From Endomicrobiia bacterium (GTDB taxonomy: Bacteria > Elusimicrobiota > Endomicrobiia > DTEH01): a stretch of 64,000 nt of DNA. A program made the position numbers and the translations under genes. The stretch covers positions 7,730 through 71,729 of the forward strand of contig JANXCA010000001.1 of assembly GCA_025060535.1 (NCBI GenBank), written 5' to 3'. Shown here in pieces: positions 41,600 through 50,765 of this stretch (its first letter is position 1; each line of letters starts with the position of its first letter). The notes under the pieces were generated by a model. It did no database searches. It was not told where the DNA came from and saw only the letters and a list, made by a program, of their open reading frames with translations.

Positions 41600-43188
41600 A
41601 ATTTTATAAACTTTACCATATTAATACCGGAAACTTGTTCAAGAGAAGAAATTAATTGCGAAGTAATTTCACTATCTACATTAATAAAAGTTAGTGCCTC
41701 ACCACCTGGTATTTTTCTTGCCACAAACATCTTTGCAATATTTATGTTATTGTCTCCCAAAATTGTGCCTATCTTTCCAATTATACCTGGCTTGTCTATA
41801 TTAGAAACTACAATAATATTTCCTTCAGGTTCTAAATCTGCATCCATACCATTGATTTCTATTATTCTACAATTATTATCTGAGATCAAAGTACCAGAAA
41901 TAGTATAAGTGCTTTTAGAAGTTTCAACTTTGGCAGTTATATATTCTTTATACTCTTTACCTTCTCTAAGTTTGGTTTCTTTAATAGATATTCCTCTTTC
42001 TTTAGCAATTATTTGAGAATTTATAAAATTAAGTTGGATATCTACAAATCTTGAAAGAAAGCTTTTAACATATGCTGAAGTTAAGATATATGTATTTATA
42101 TTATTAAAAATTTCTCCTACATACTGAATTTCTATTTGTTTTACAGCTTCAAGAGTAAGATGGCTTTGTAGTAAACCAATTTTCTCAACTAATTTAATAT
42201 AAGGTTTTAGTTTCTCATACATCTGAAAATCAATTGAAGGAATATTTACTGCATTTTTTATAACCCCTTTTGTAAAAAAATCAACTATCATTAAAGAAAC
42301 CTCTTGTGCAATCTTTACCTGTGCTTCTTCAGTAGAAGCTCCTAAATGTGGAGTAAACACAACGTTTTCCATTTTAAATAAAGATGAAGAAAAATCTGGA
42401 GGTTCTTTTTCAAATACATCTAAAGCAGCTGAGGATACTTTACCAGATTTTAATGCTTCATATAAATCATTTTCATTTATAATTCCTCCACGAGCACAAT
42501 TTACAATTTTTACTCCATCTTTCATTTTTGAAATTGTTTCTTTATTGATTAAATTTTTTGTAGAATCTGTTTTAGGAATATGTAGACTAATAATATCAGA
42601 TTCTTTTAACAAATCTTCAAAAGATTTAAGTTCTACTCCTAACTGATTAGCATATTCTTCAGAAACATATGGATCATAAGCTATAATCCGCATATCAAAT
42701 GCTTTCATCCTTTTAGCTACTTCAGAACCAATTCTACCTAACCCTATAAGTCCTAATGTTTTTCCTTGAAGTTCATTACCTACAAATTTTTCTCTTTCCC
42801 ATCTACCGGATTTTAAAGAGTTATGTGCTTGAGGTATATTTCTTACCATAGCCAGTATAAGACCAATTGTATGTTCACAAGCAGAAATAGTATTCCCTCC
42901 AGGAACATTCATCACTATAATTCCTTTTTTATTTGCAGCATTAATATCTACATTATCTACTCCAGTACCTGCTCTAACTATTAACTTTAACTTATCAGCA
43001 GATTCTATTATTTCCTTTGTAACTTTTACTTCAGAACGAATCAAAAGTCCTTCATAATCTCTTATTAAATTTTGAAGTTCTTCTTGAGTAGGTTTAGGTT
43101 TTATATCTACCTGAATTTCTGGGTGATTTAGTAGTAGTTCTAATCCCTCGGTATTTTTATATGTCATTAAAATTTTATATTTTTTCAT
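41596..43188 (-). CDS. serA: D-3-phosphoglycerate dehydrogenase (with ASB and ACT domains)
   Basis: 530 aa; NAD-binding GLIGLGRIGSEVA, 2-hydroxyacid dehydrogenase catalytic region, C-terminal ACT. Confidence 0.85.
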   Translation of the reverse strand: MKKYKILMTYKNTEGLELLLNHPEIQVDIKPKPTQEELQNLIRDYEGLLIRSEVKVTKEIIESADKLKLIVRAGTGVDNVDINAANKKGIIVMNVPGGNTISACEHTIGLILAMVRNIPQAHNSLKSGRWEREKFVGNELQGKTLGLIGLGRIGSEVAKRMKAFDMRIIAYDPYVSEEYANQLGVELKSFEDLLKESDIISLHIPKTDSTKNLINKETISKMKDGVKIVNCARGGIINENDLYEALKSGKVSSAALDVFEKEPPDFSSSLFKMENVVFTPHLGASTEEAQVKIAQEVSLMIVDFFTKGVIKNAVNIPSIDFQMYEKLKPYIKLVEKIGLLQSHLTLEAVKQIEIQYVGEIFNNINTYILTSAYVKSFLSRFVDIQLNFINSQIIAKERGISIKETKLREGKEYKEYITAKVETSKSTYTISGTLISDNNCRIIEINGMDADLEPEGNIIVVSNIDKPGIIGKIGTILGDNNINIAKMFVARKIPGGEALTFINVDSEITSQLISSLEQVSGINMVKFIKL

Positions 43189-43205
43189 CTATTTAAACTC
43201 CTTTT

Positions 43206-44348
43206 TTATAAATTATTTATTTTTTCTTCAAATGCTTTTACTCCACTACCTAATGGTATCTTTATTCCCAATTTATTTAAAACAACTTCTAAACCATAAA
43301 TTCCAACCACTAAATCAAATCTATCAATATAACCCATATGAGCAATTCTTACAATTTTACCTTTTAGTTTATCTTGTCCACCAGCAATTGAAATTCCAAA
43401 CTCTTCTCGCATTATTTTAACAACTTTCTGACCATCAACTCCTTCAGGCATCTCAATCGGGGTAACTATATTACTTATATGATTTTCATCACAAAAGATC
43501 TTTAAACCCATTGATTTTATAGCATATCTTGTAGCAATTGCTAGTTTTTCTGTATCTTCCCAAATTTTTTGCAATGTCTTTTCTTTTATCATTTCTATTG
43601 CTTTATGAATAGCCACAACTAAACTAACAGCAGGAGTAAAAGGAGTTTCTTTGTTCTCAATTGATTTTCTCATTCTTTTAAAATCAAAATAAAACTTTGG
43701 TAAGTTAGAATTCTCCACTAACTGCCAAGCTTTAGTACTCACACTAACAAAAGATAATCCGGGAGGACACATTAATCCCTTCTGTGAACCAGTTACTGCT
43801 ACATCTACATTCCATTCATCATTCAAAAATTTTTGGTTTACTAAGCCACTTATTGTATCTACTACTAACACTGCTTGTGTATCCTTAACAATTTTGCCTA
43901 TCTCTTCAATATTATTTACAACACCTGTTGAAGTTTCTGTGTGTGTTGTAAAAACAGCTTTTATATTTTTATTTTGTTGCAGAATTTTTTCTATATCTTT
44001 TGGATTTATAGCTTTACCCCACTCCACAGCTACTTTATGAACTTTTACTCCATACGCTTGACAAATTTTCTCCCATCTATCTCCAAAATTACCACATGAA
44101 GCTACTATAACTTCATCATCTTTTGATAACAAATTTACAACAGATGCTTCCATAGCAGCAGTACCTGAACCTGTTACCATCAAAACATCTCCCTTAGTCT
44201 GAAAAATATATTTCATGCCCTCTATTACTTCCACAAAAATTTTACCAAATTCAGAAGTTCTATGATGTAGGATAGGACGTGCTTCTGCCTGTGCTACCTC
44301 ATGGGGAACAGGTGTTGGTCCCGGTGTTAATAGAAAATATTTTTTCAT
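43206..44348 (-). CDS. Class V aminotransferase (AGXT/archaeal-type phosphoserine aminotransferase-like)
   Basis: LLTPGPTPVP N-terminus, PLP-fold; adjacent to serA; SD AGGAGG upstream. Confidence 0.75.
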   Translation of the reverse strand: MKKYFLLTPGPTPVPHEVAQAEARPILHHRTSEFGKIFVEVIEGMKYIFQTKGDVLMVTGSGTAAMEASVVNLLSKDDEVIVASCGNFGDRWEKICQAYGVKVHKVAVEWGKAINPKDIEKILQQNKNIKAVFTTHTETSTGVVNNIEEIGKIVKDTQAVLVVDTISGLVNQKFLNDEWNVDVAVTGSQKGLMCPPGLSFVSVSTKAWQLVENSNLPKFYFDFKRMRKSIENKETPFTPAVSLVVAIHKAIEMIKEKTLQKIWEDTEKLAIATRYAIKSMGLKIFCDENHISNIVTPIEMPEGVDGQKVVKIMREEFGISIAGGQDKLKGKIVRIAHMGYIDRFDLVVGIYGLEVVLNKLGIKIPLGSGVKAFEEKINNL

Positions 44349-44373
44349 TTTTTCCTCCTTTTAAATAAAAATA

Positions 44374-44391
44374 TTGTGAAATTTTTCACAA
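44374..44391. promoter_or_regulatory. Second putative Rex operator, identical 18-mer TTGTGAA-ATTT-TTCACAA, 25 nt upstream of the aminotransferase ATG
   Basis: Read directly. Same 18-mer as 31742-31759 and the same promoter architecture: minus strand TTGACT at 44419-44414, AT-rich -10 abutting the box, then AAGGAGG SD. Confidence 0.6.
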
Positions 44392-44432
44392 TATATAAAA
44401 TATTATTTAAAAAAGTCAATAGTTTTAAAAAA

Positions 44433-44972
44433 TTATTTTATTTTTATAATTTCAGGCGAAATAAAGAAATTATTACCTCCTATGTGATGGATGGTTTTCG
44501 CTTTATGAGAAATTAAATATTTATCATATACATTTTCATCTACTGCACAATATACCACTTCTCCTACGTATAACTTCACACCACTATACTCTTTCACATC
44601 AAAAAGCTTTGCTTCTATAAACCCGACACAATTTTTAAGATGAACTGTATTAACTTTGTAACCATCTTCATATAATATATTAAATTTTTTAAATTTGTCT
44701 TCTTCTTTACCAGATGTCTTCCCAGTCATAATTACTACATTTAATAAACTATAAGAGGGAACATTAATTACAAACTCTCCGTATTTTTCTATAAGTTCTG
44801 AAGTATAATGAGTTGAAGCTACACACACCACTACTAAAGGAGGATCATCATTTAAAGGAGTAATCCATGCAATTGGTGCAATATTTTTTATATTTTTATT
44901 TCCTGAAGTAATCAAACAACAAGGACCATGATTGATTAAATGATAGAATTTATGTATATCTAATTTTTTCAT
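44433..44972 (-). CDS. Flavin reductase-like (FMN-binding split-barrel) protein
   Basis: 179 aa, flavin_reduct domain pattern (INHGPCCLITSG...APIAW). Confidence 0.65.
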   Translation of the reverse strand: MKKLDIHKFYHLINHGPCCLITSGNKNIKNIAPIAWITPLNDDPPLVVVCVASTHYTSELIEKYGEFVINVPSYSLLNVVIMTGKTSGKEEDKFKKFNILYEDGYKVNTVHLKNCVGFIEAKLFDVKEYSGVKLYVGEVVYCAVDENVYDKYLISHKAKTIHHIGGNNFFISPEIIKIK

Positions 44973-44999
44973 AAAACTACCTTCTTTATATTACAAGGA

Positions 45000-46883
45000 T
45001 TATATTAAAGGATTATGTTGAATATACAATAAATTTCCTTTTTTATTATATTCGTTTATCTCAGACATTACTTTTTCAATTATTTTCTCATTTGGTTTTA
45101 ATAACTTTAAGATAAAAGTAATACTATATCCTTTATAATTTTTTTCTACTTCTCTTTCAATAAAAACTTCTATATTTTTATTTATATTTTTATTTCTTAA
45201 AATTTTATCTTTAAAATCTAAAATCGATTTCTCATCTTTACTTAAAACCTGAATTCTTACTAAATGAACAAAAGGTGGATACTTTAATTCTTCTCTAATT
45301 TTCAATTCGTTATTATAAAAATTTTCATAACCATTAAATAAATAAACAGCATCTTCTTTAGAAATATTTTCAATATAAAATTCTATCTGTCTATCCTGGG
45401 GCAAAGATGAAGCAAAAGTTTTTATTATTCTATAAAAATTTTCATAGTTCAGATAATTAGGCTTCTGCAAAAATTCAGATATTGAAAGAAAATACAAACT
45501 ACCTATATTTGAAAAATCAATTTTATAGATATAATTCAAAATCTCCAAATTCGAAAGTAACACATCAATACTTCTTCTGTTGAATTCTTCTATCTTTTGT
45601 AATTTTTTAATATTATTCATCTCGGAAGTTATCTCTTCTATAATAGCTCCTTTTATTTTACTTCTTAAAAAATCTATAATCTTTTTATCTTTAAATATAA
45701 TTTCTCTATAATAAGGACTACCACATTCTGAACATATAAAAACTTTCTTAGATTTAGTAAGTACTTTAAAATTTTTTTTAGAATAAAATTTCTTACAAAC
45801 TAAACAAACATAAAATCCTCTAGAACCTCTATAAGGGAAAATTACTAATGTTTGTTTAAATTTATATATATCTTTAGAAATAACTTCAGTTAAAGTTTTG
45901 TTTGCTGTAATTATTTTAACATTGTTACCTATTTCTAAACATTTTTTATTAGAAACTAAAGGATAGCTATAAATATATGACACCGAATGAAAAAAACTAC
46001 TGTATACTAACCTACAAGAATAATTTTTTATCCTTTTTTCTAAAATAAACAAACTATTATACATGGGCACCTCTGGATTTCTATATCCTAATGAATCACA
46101 CTCATCTACTACTATATAAGAAATATTTTCAAAAGGCAAAAATACCCCAATTTTTGTAGCAAAAACTACATTTATAAGCTTATTTCTTATAAGATACCAA
46201 ATTTTATATCTTTCTTCTAAAGAAACTTCACCAGTATAAAATGCAAAATTTTTGTTTAATTTCATATCTATGTTAGTCTTTTTATAAAAAAATTCATAAA
46301 AGTCATTTATGTAATTTGTATTAGGAAAAATAATTAATAATTGTAAATCTTTTTCAATAGAATAAAAAATTAATTCTTTATAAAATTCAAATTTTTCTTG
46401 TATGCTGGATGGTACAAATAAACTTATCTTTTTTAAGTTTATTTTTTCTAATGTTTTTAAATATTTATATTCTATTAAAAATTTAAATTTATTATTTTCT
46501 TCGTTTTTTAAAATAACAGCATCTTTTATCACAAATTTGTGTGATATTGGAAAAAACTGATTCAAGAAAAGTCCAAAAGAAATCAAATAAATCCTAGAAA
46601 ACCATTCTGCTGTCATAAGTTGTTCTTTATCAAAAAAGGGAAAAGGATCTATAACAGACTTTATAGGTTTTATAAAAGTCAACTCTTTTTTATCAAATCT
46701 TAAATCATCGTATACATCAACAATAACTCCTATCTTTCCAACCTCTCTTCCAAAATCTACTTCTACTCTGCTTCCTATTAGATTAAAAGAAGTATTTCTG
46801 TTTGATAAAAAATAAGTATATCTTTGATTTAAAGGTATAGGGAATATAACATCACAAAAGATTTTATCCATATTCTTATTCAT
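45000..46883 (-). CDS. priA: Primosomal protein N' (PriA) homolog with degenerate helicase motifs
   Basis: N-terminal 3' DNA-binding domain (VIFPIPLNQRYTYF...VEVDFGREVGKIGVIV). Cys-rich zinc-binding region (CLVCKK...CSECGS). C-terminal YPPF. Walker A position reads LFVPSSIQEKFEFY and the motif VI GRAGR is absent. Confidence 0.65.
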   Translation of the reverse strand: MNKNMDKIFCDVIFPIPLNQRYTYFLSNRNTSFNLIGSRVEVDFGREVGKIGVIVDVYDDLRFDKKELTFIKPIKSVIDPFPFFDKEQLMTAEWFSRIYLISFGLFLNQFFPISHKFVIKDAVILKNEENNKFKFLIEYKYLKTLEKINLKKISLFVPSSIQEKFEFYKELIFYSIEKDLQLLIIFPNTNYINDFYEFFYKKTNIDMKLNKNFAFYTGEVSLEERYKIWYLIRNKLINVVFATKIGVFLPFENISYIVVDECDSLGYRNPEVPMYNSLFILEKRIKNYSCRLVYSSFFHSVSYIYSYPLVSNKKCLEIGNNVKIITANKTLTEVISKDIYKFKQTLVIFPYRGSRGFYVCLVCKKFYSKKNFKVLTKSKKVFICSECGSPYYREIIFKDKKIIDFLRSKIKGAIIEEITSEMNNIKKLQKIEEFNRRSIDVLLSNLEILNYIYKIDFSNIGSLYFLSISEFLQKPNYLNYENFYRIIKTFASSLPQDRQIEFYIENISKEDAVYLFNGYENFYNNELKIREELKYPPFVHLVRIQVLSKDEKSILDFKDKILRNKNINKNIEVFIEREVEKNYKGYSITFILKLLKPNEKIIEKVMSEINEYNKKGNLLYIQHNPLI

Positions 46884-46885
46884 AA

Positions 46886-47584
46886 TTATTTTTTTTTAAT
46901 ATTTAGAATCTTCATAATTAGCTTCATATCTTGCCATACATATTTTTTTAATGATGGGTTTCTTAAAAGAGCTGCAGGATGATAAGTAGGTATTATCTTT
47001 ATATTTAATTCCTTCACTTCATACTCAAAAATTTTCCCCCTCAATTCTGAAATTGGAACTTCATTTTTAGTTAACGCCTTAGTAGCTGTAAAACCTAAAC
47101 AACAAATCACTTTTGGTTTAATAATACTTATTTGTTGTTTTAGATATTCAAAACAAGAATTTATTTCTTCAGAACTTGGAGGTCTATCATTATTTCTTAA
47201 ATTAGGATCAGGAACTACACCTGGATGACATTTTACTACATTGGTAATATAAACATCTTCTCTCTTTAATCCCATAGCTTGAATTATTTTTGTTAAAAGT
47301 TCTCCAGCTTTGCCTACAAATGGCCTTGCCTGTTTATCTTCTTCATATCCTGGAGCTTCTCCTACAAACATCAACTCAGCTTTTTCATTACCTTCGCCAA
47401 ATACCACATTAGTTCTACTTTTATAAAGTAAACATCTTTTACACTGAAGCACTTTAAGCTTTAATAACTCCAATTCATTATCTTTTTTTCTAAGTTGAAG
47501 GTTTTCTAAATATAAACCATCTAGAAAATATATATAAGAGGCAAGTTTAATTAAAAGTTTTAATTTTTCATTATTATTGTTCAT
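46886..47584 (-). CDS. Uracil-DNA glycosylase family 4
   Basis: [23 protein letters not shown] motif; Cys ligands. Confidence 0.8.
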   Translation of the reverse strand: MNNNNEKLKLLIKLASYIYFLDGLYLENLQLRKKDNELELLKLKVLQCKRCLLYKSRTNVVFGEGNEKAELMFVGEAPGYEEDKQARPFVGKAGELLTKIIQAMGLKREDVYITNVVKCHPGVVPDPNLRNNDRPPSSEEINSCFEYLKQQISIIKPKVICCLGFTATKALTKNEVPISELRGKIFEYEVKELNIKIIPTYHPAALLRNPSLKKYVWQDMKLIMKILNIKKK

Positions 47585-48221
47585 TTTTATCTTTCATCAT
47601 CTTTTCTACTAAACTTAATAAAATCTTTGCAAAGATATATTTTTTGATCCTTTTATATCTTTTTATACTTCCATCCTTAAAAATAAAAGTTGGTGTTATA
47701 TAATTACTCTCAAAACTATCAGGATAATTAAGTATAATTAGATCAAGATTTTTATTTATCAACTTTTCTAAAGCAAAATCAAAAGATTTTTCTTTATTCG
47801 TTTCTAAAGCAAAACCTATGAGAATTTGATTTTCTTTTTTATTCTTACCGCAATATCCAAGAATATCTTTTGTGGGTTTCAATTTTAAAGTTTTATAATT
47901 TGTTTTTTTTATCTTTTCCTTAGAAAATTTATACGGTTTAAAATCACATACTGCAGCAGATGATATAAAAACATCCGAGATCTTAAAAAATTTTTTAACT
48001 AACTTGAACATTTCATCTGAAGTTTCTACGTAATAAGTTTTTACATTTTTAGGTGGCTTCAAATATGTCGGTCCACTGATAAGTATTACTTTATACTTTT
48101 TAGAAAAAACTTTAGCAATGTGATAACCAACTTTACCAGAAGAGAGATTAGATATAAATCTTACAGGATCTATATATTCTCTTGTGGGGCCTGCAGTAAT
48201 TAAAACGTATTTTTTTAACAT
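47574..48221 (-). CDS. coaB: Phosphopantothenate--cysteine ligase (CoaB), stand-alone
   Basis: VLITAGPTREYIDPVRFISNLSSGKVG motif; 215 aa. Confidence 0.8.
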   Translation of the reverse strand: MLKKYVLITAGPTREYIDPVRFISNLSSGKVGYHIAKVFSKKYKVILISGPTYLKPPKNVKTYYVETSDEMFKLVKKFFKISDVFISSAAVCDFKPYKFSKEKIKKTNYKTLKLKPTKDILGYCGKNKKENQILIGFALETNKEKSFDFALEKLINKNLDLIILNYPDSFESNYITPTFIFKDGSIKRYKRIKKYIFAKILLSLVEKMMKDKNEQ

Positions 48222-48237
48222 CCATTTTCACAGTATC

Positions 48238-48780
48238 TTACTTTAACATTTTTTTTATAAATTCCAAAATCTCATCTACTTTAGGAAGTTTTCCTTTTCC
48301 TTCCACACCACACAATAATTTCCCTTCGTTAGGTTCTAAAATTTCATAACCTATTTCTTTAAGCATACTTACATTTTTTTGAGTAATCGGGTGAGTCCAC
48401 ATATTCACATTCATAGAAGGGCAAAGCAGTACCTTAGTTTTTTTAATATCTGCAGCATAAATAGTTGAAACCAACAAATCCTCTGTTTTACCATATGCCA
48501 ATTTTGAAATAGTATTACAACTACATGGAACAACAACTATCAAATCTGCCCATTGAGATAAAGAAATATGTAACGGAGAAAATTCATACTCACAAAACAT
48601 ATCCACATATACTTTATCTCCTGAAAGTTCTTGAAATAATAAAGGTGAAATAAGTTTTGTAGCATTTTGAGTCATTATACATTTTACATTATAATTTTCT
48701 CTTTTCAGTTTCCTTATAAGATCACATACTTTATATAACGCTATTCCTGCCGTGATTCCTACAATAATGTTATTTTTCAT
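48238..48780 (-). CDS. coaC: Phosphopantothenoylcysteine decarboxylase flavoprotein (CoaC), stand-alone
   Basis: 180 aa flavoprotein fold (IIVGITAGIALYK, PCSCNTISKLAYG). Confidence 0.8.
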   Translation of the reverse strand: MKNNIIVGITAGIALYKVCDLIRKLKRENYNVKCIMTQNATKLISPLLFQELSGDKVYVDMFCEYEFSPLHISLSQWADLIVVVPCSCNTISKLAYGKTEDLLVSTIYAADIKKTKVLLCPSMNVNMWTHPITQKNVSMLKEIGYEILEPNEGKLLCGVEGKGKLPKVDEILEFIKKMLK

Positions 48781-49115
48781 TTTTTCTTCTTAGACTTCTT
48801 TTCAGAAGTTTTTTCACTATCTTCTTCTTTTTCTTCTGTTACACCAACAGATTGTAAAAGAAAACCTAACTTTTTCCTTGTTTCCAATGGCCCTAACTTC
48901 TTAATATCATCGATACTAACTCTCCCTGTTAATACATCATATATAGCAATATTTAACCTTTCACTATCTAACAAATCCTTATACTCCTCTTTATATTTCA
49001 GTTCTGCAGCCCAACGAGCTATATAAGGAACTACTTTGTATTTATCATACTTTGCTGAAAGTATTACTTTATGTATTTCTTTATGTATTTTTTCTATATC
49101 TTCTTTGATCCCCAT
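48777..49115 (-). CDS. Small acidic/basic-tailed protein, possibly RNA polymerase omega-like
   Basis: 112 aa; its position immediately upstream of coaC is where rpoZ often lies; weak motif resemblance (PYIARWAAELK). Tentative. Confidence 0.3.
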   Translation of the reverse strand: MGIKEDIEKIHKEIHKVILSAKYDKYKVVPYIARWAAELKYKEEYKDLLDSERLNIAIYDVLTGRVSIDDIKKLGPLETRKKLGFLLQSVGVTEEKEEDSEKTSEKKSKKKK

Positions 49116-49139
49116 ATTTTTACTCCTTTTATTTAAATT

Positions 49140-49967
49140 TTATTTTTTATTATTAATTAAATTATATATTTCAACACATTTTTCAAGAATTCCCTCTAAA
49201 TATTCTAATTTAAGCATACTAGAAGCATCACATAGCGCTTCTTCAGGACAAAGATGTGTTTCTATGAACAAACCATTTGCTCCAGCTGCTAAAGAAGCAT
49301 AACAGTATGTAGAAATATACTGTGGTTGTCCCCCAGAAGCATCTTTAGAAGTAGGACCAGGAATTCTTACTATATGAGTCACATCTACAATAACTGGAAA
49401 TCCTATTTCTTGCATAATAGGAATACTTCTTAAGTCAAAAATCATATTGTTATAACCAAATATAGTCCCTCTCTCTGTCAGCAAAATTCTATCATTATTT
49501 ACTGACAAAGCTTTTGATACAACCTTTTTCATATCCCAAGGTGCTAAAAATTGTCCTTTTTTAAGATTTAAAACCTTTTTAGTTTTTGCTGCTTCTACAA
49601 CAATATCTGTCTGCATACATAAATAAGCTGGAATTTGAATAACATCTAATACCTCCTTAACATACTCAACTTCTGTTTTACAATGAACATCAGACAAAAT
49701 AGGCACTCCTAATTCTTGTTTAACCTTTGATAGAATCCTTAAGCCCTCTTTCAAACCAGGACCACGATAATTCTCAACTGATGACCTATTTGACTTATCA
49801 TATGAAGCTTTAAAAATAAAAGATACATTGAGTTTATCTGTAATTTTTTTAATTTCTTCGGCTATTGTTAATGTAATTTTTTCTGTTTCTATTACACAAG
49901 GACCTGCTATAAGTAAAAGTGGTTGCCCTTTACCAATTTTTATATTGCCAACTTCGATAGTCTTCAT
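49140..49967 (-). CDS. kdsA: 2-dehydro-3-deoxyphosphooctonate aldolase (KDO-8-P synthase)
   Basis: 275 aa DAHP/KDO8P synthase fold; adjacent kdsB. Confidence 0.9.
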   Translation of the reverse strand: MKTIEVGNIKIGKGQPLLLIAGPCVIETEKITLTIAEEIKKITDKLNVSFIFKASYDKSNRSSVENYRGPGLKEGLRILSKVKQELGVPILSDVHCKTEVEYVKEVLDVIQIPAYLCMQTDIVVEAAKTKKVLNLKKGQFLAPWDMKKVVSKALSVNNDRILLTERGTIFGYNNMIFDLRSIPIMQEIGFPVIVDVTHIVRIPGPTSKDASGGQPQYISTYCYASLAAGANGLFIETHLCPEEALCDASSMLKLEYLEGILEKCVEIYNLINNKK

Positions 49968-50764
49968 ACAAATTTCTTCATTATTTCTCTTACTTTATCT
50001 AAATCTTCTTGTGTGTCCACAGAAATCGGACTTTTATCTACTAAAACTGTTTTAATTCTATAACCATTTTCTAATATTCTTAACTGCTCTAATTTCTCCA
50101 ATTTTTCTAAGGGACTCTGAGGTAATGATAAAAATTTAAACAAAAAATCTCTTTTATATCCATATACTCCAATATGTCTATAAAATCTATATTTATTTAA
50201 AATATCGTTATTAAAAGAAAAAGTAAAGTTTTCTATTTTAAACTCATCTCTTATAAAAGGAATTATAGATCTACTAAAATATAAAGCATAGTTTTTCTTA
50301 TCTACCACAACTTTAACAAAATTAATATTGAATAATTCACTAAAATAAGTAATTCTACAAATAGGTGTAACTATATGTAGGTGTTTATTTCTTTTAAGCT
50401 CTAATATTAATCGAGATAGAATATCCGAAGTAATCATTGGTTCATCTCCTTGAATATTCAAGACTATTGAACAAGGAATCTTTTTTGCAACCTCTGCTAC
50501 TCTGTCAGAACCACTTTTGTGATGTCTAGATGTCATCATTACATCCCCACCAAATTTTTTAACTATATCATAAATCCTTATATCATCCGTAGCTACTACC
50601 ACTTTATCTATCAACTTACACCTCTTTGTATTCTCATAAACCCACTGAATCATCGGTTTATCATTTATCAACGCCAAAGGTTTACCTGGTAATCTAACTG
50701 AATTATATCTAGCTGGAATAACAGCTAAAACTTTAATTTTTTTTCTATTTAAATTTTTAATCAT
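49964..50764 (-). CDS. kdsB: 3-deoxy-manno-octulosonate cytidylyltransferase
   Basis: VIPARYNSVRLPGKPL N-terminus; 266 aa. Confidence 0.85.
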   Translation of the reverse strand: MIKNLNRKKIKVLAVIPARYNSVRLPGKPLALINDKPMIQWVYENTKRCKLIDKVVVATDDIRIYDIVKKFGGDVMMTSRHHKSGSDRVAEVAKKIPCSIVLNIQGDEPMITSDILSRLILELKRNKHLHIVTPICRITYFSELFNINFVKVVVDKKNYALYFSRSIIPFIRDEFKIENFTFSFNNDILNKYRFYRHIGVYGYKRDFLFKFLSLPQSPLEKLEKLEQLRILENGYRIKTVLVDKSPISVDTQEDLDKVREIMKKFV

Positions 50765-50765
50765 C

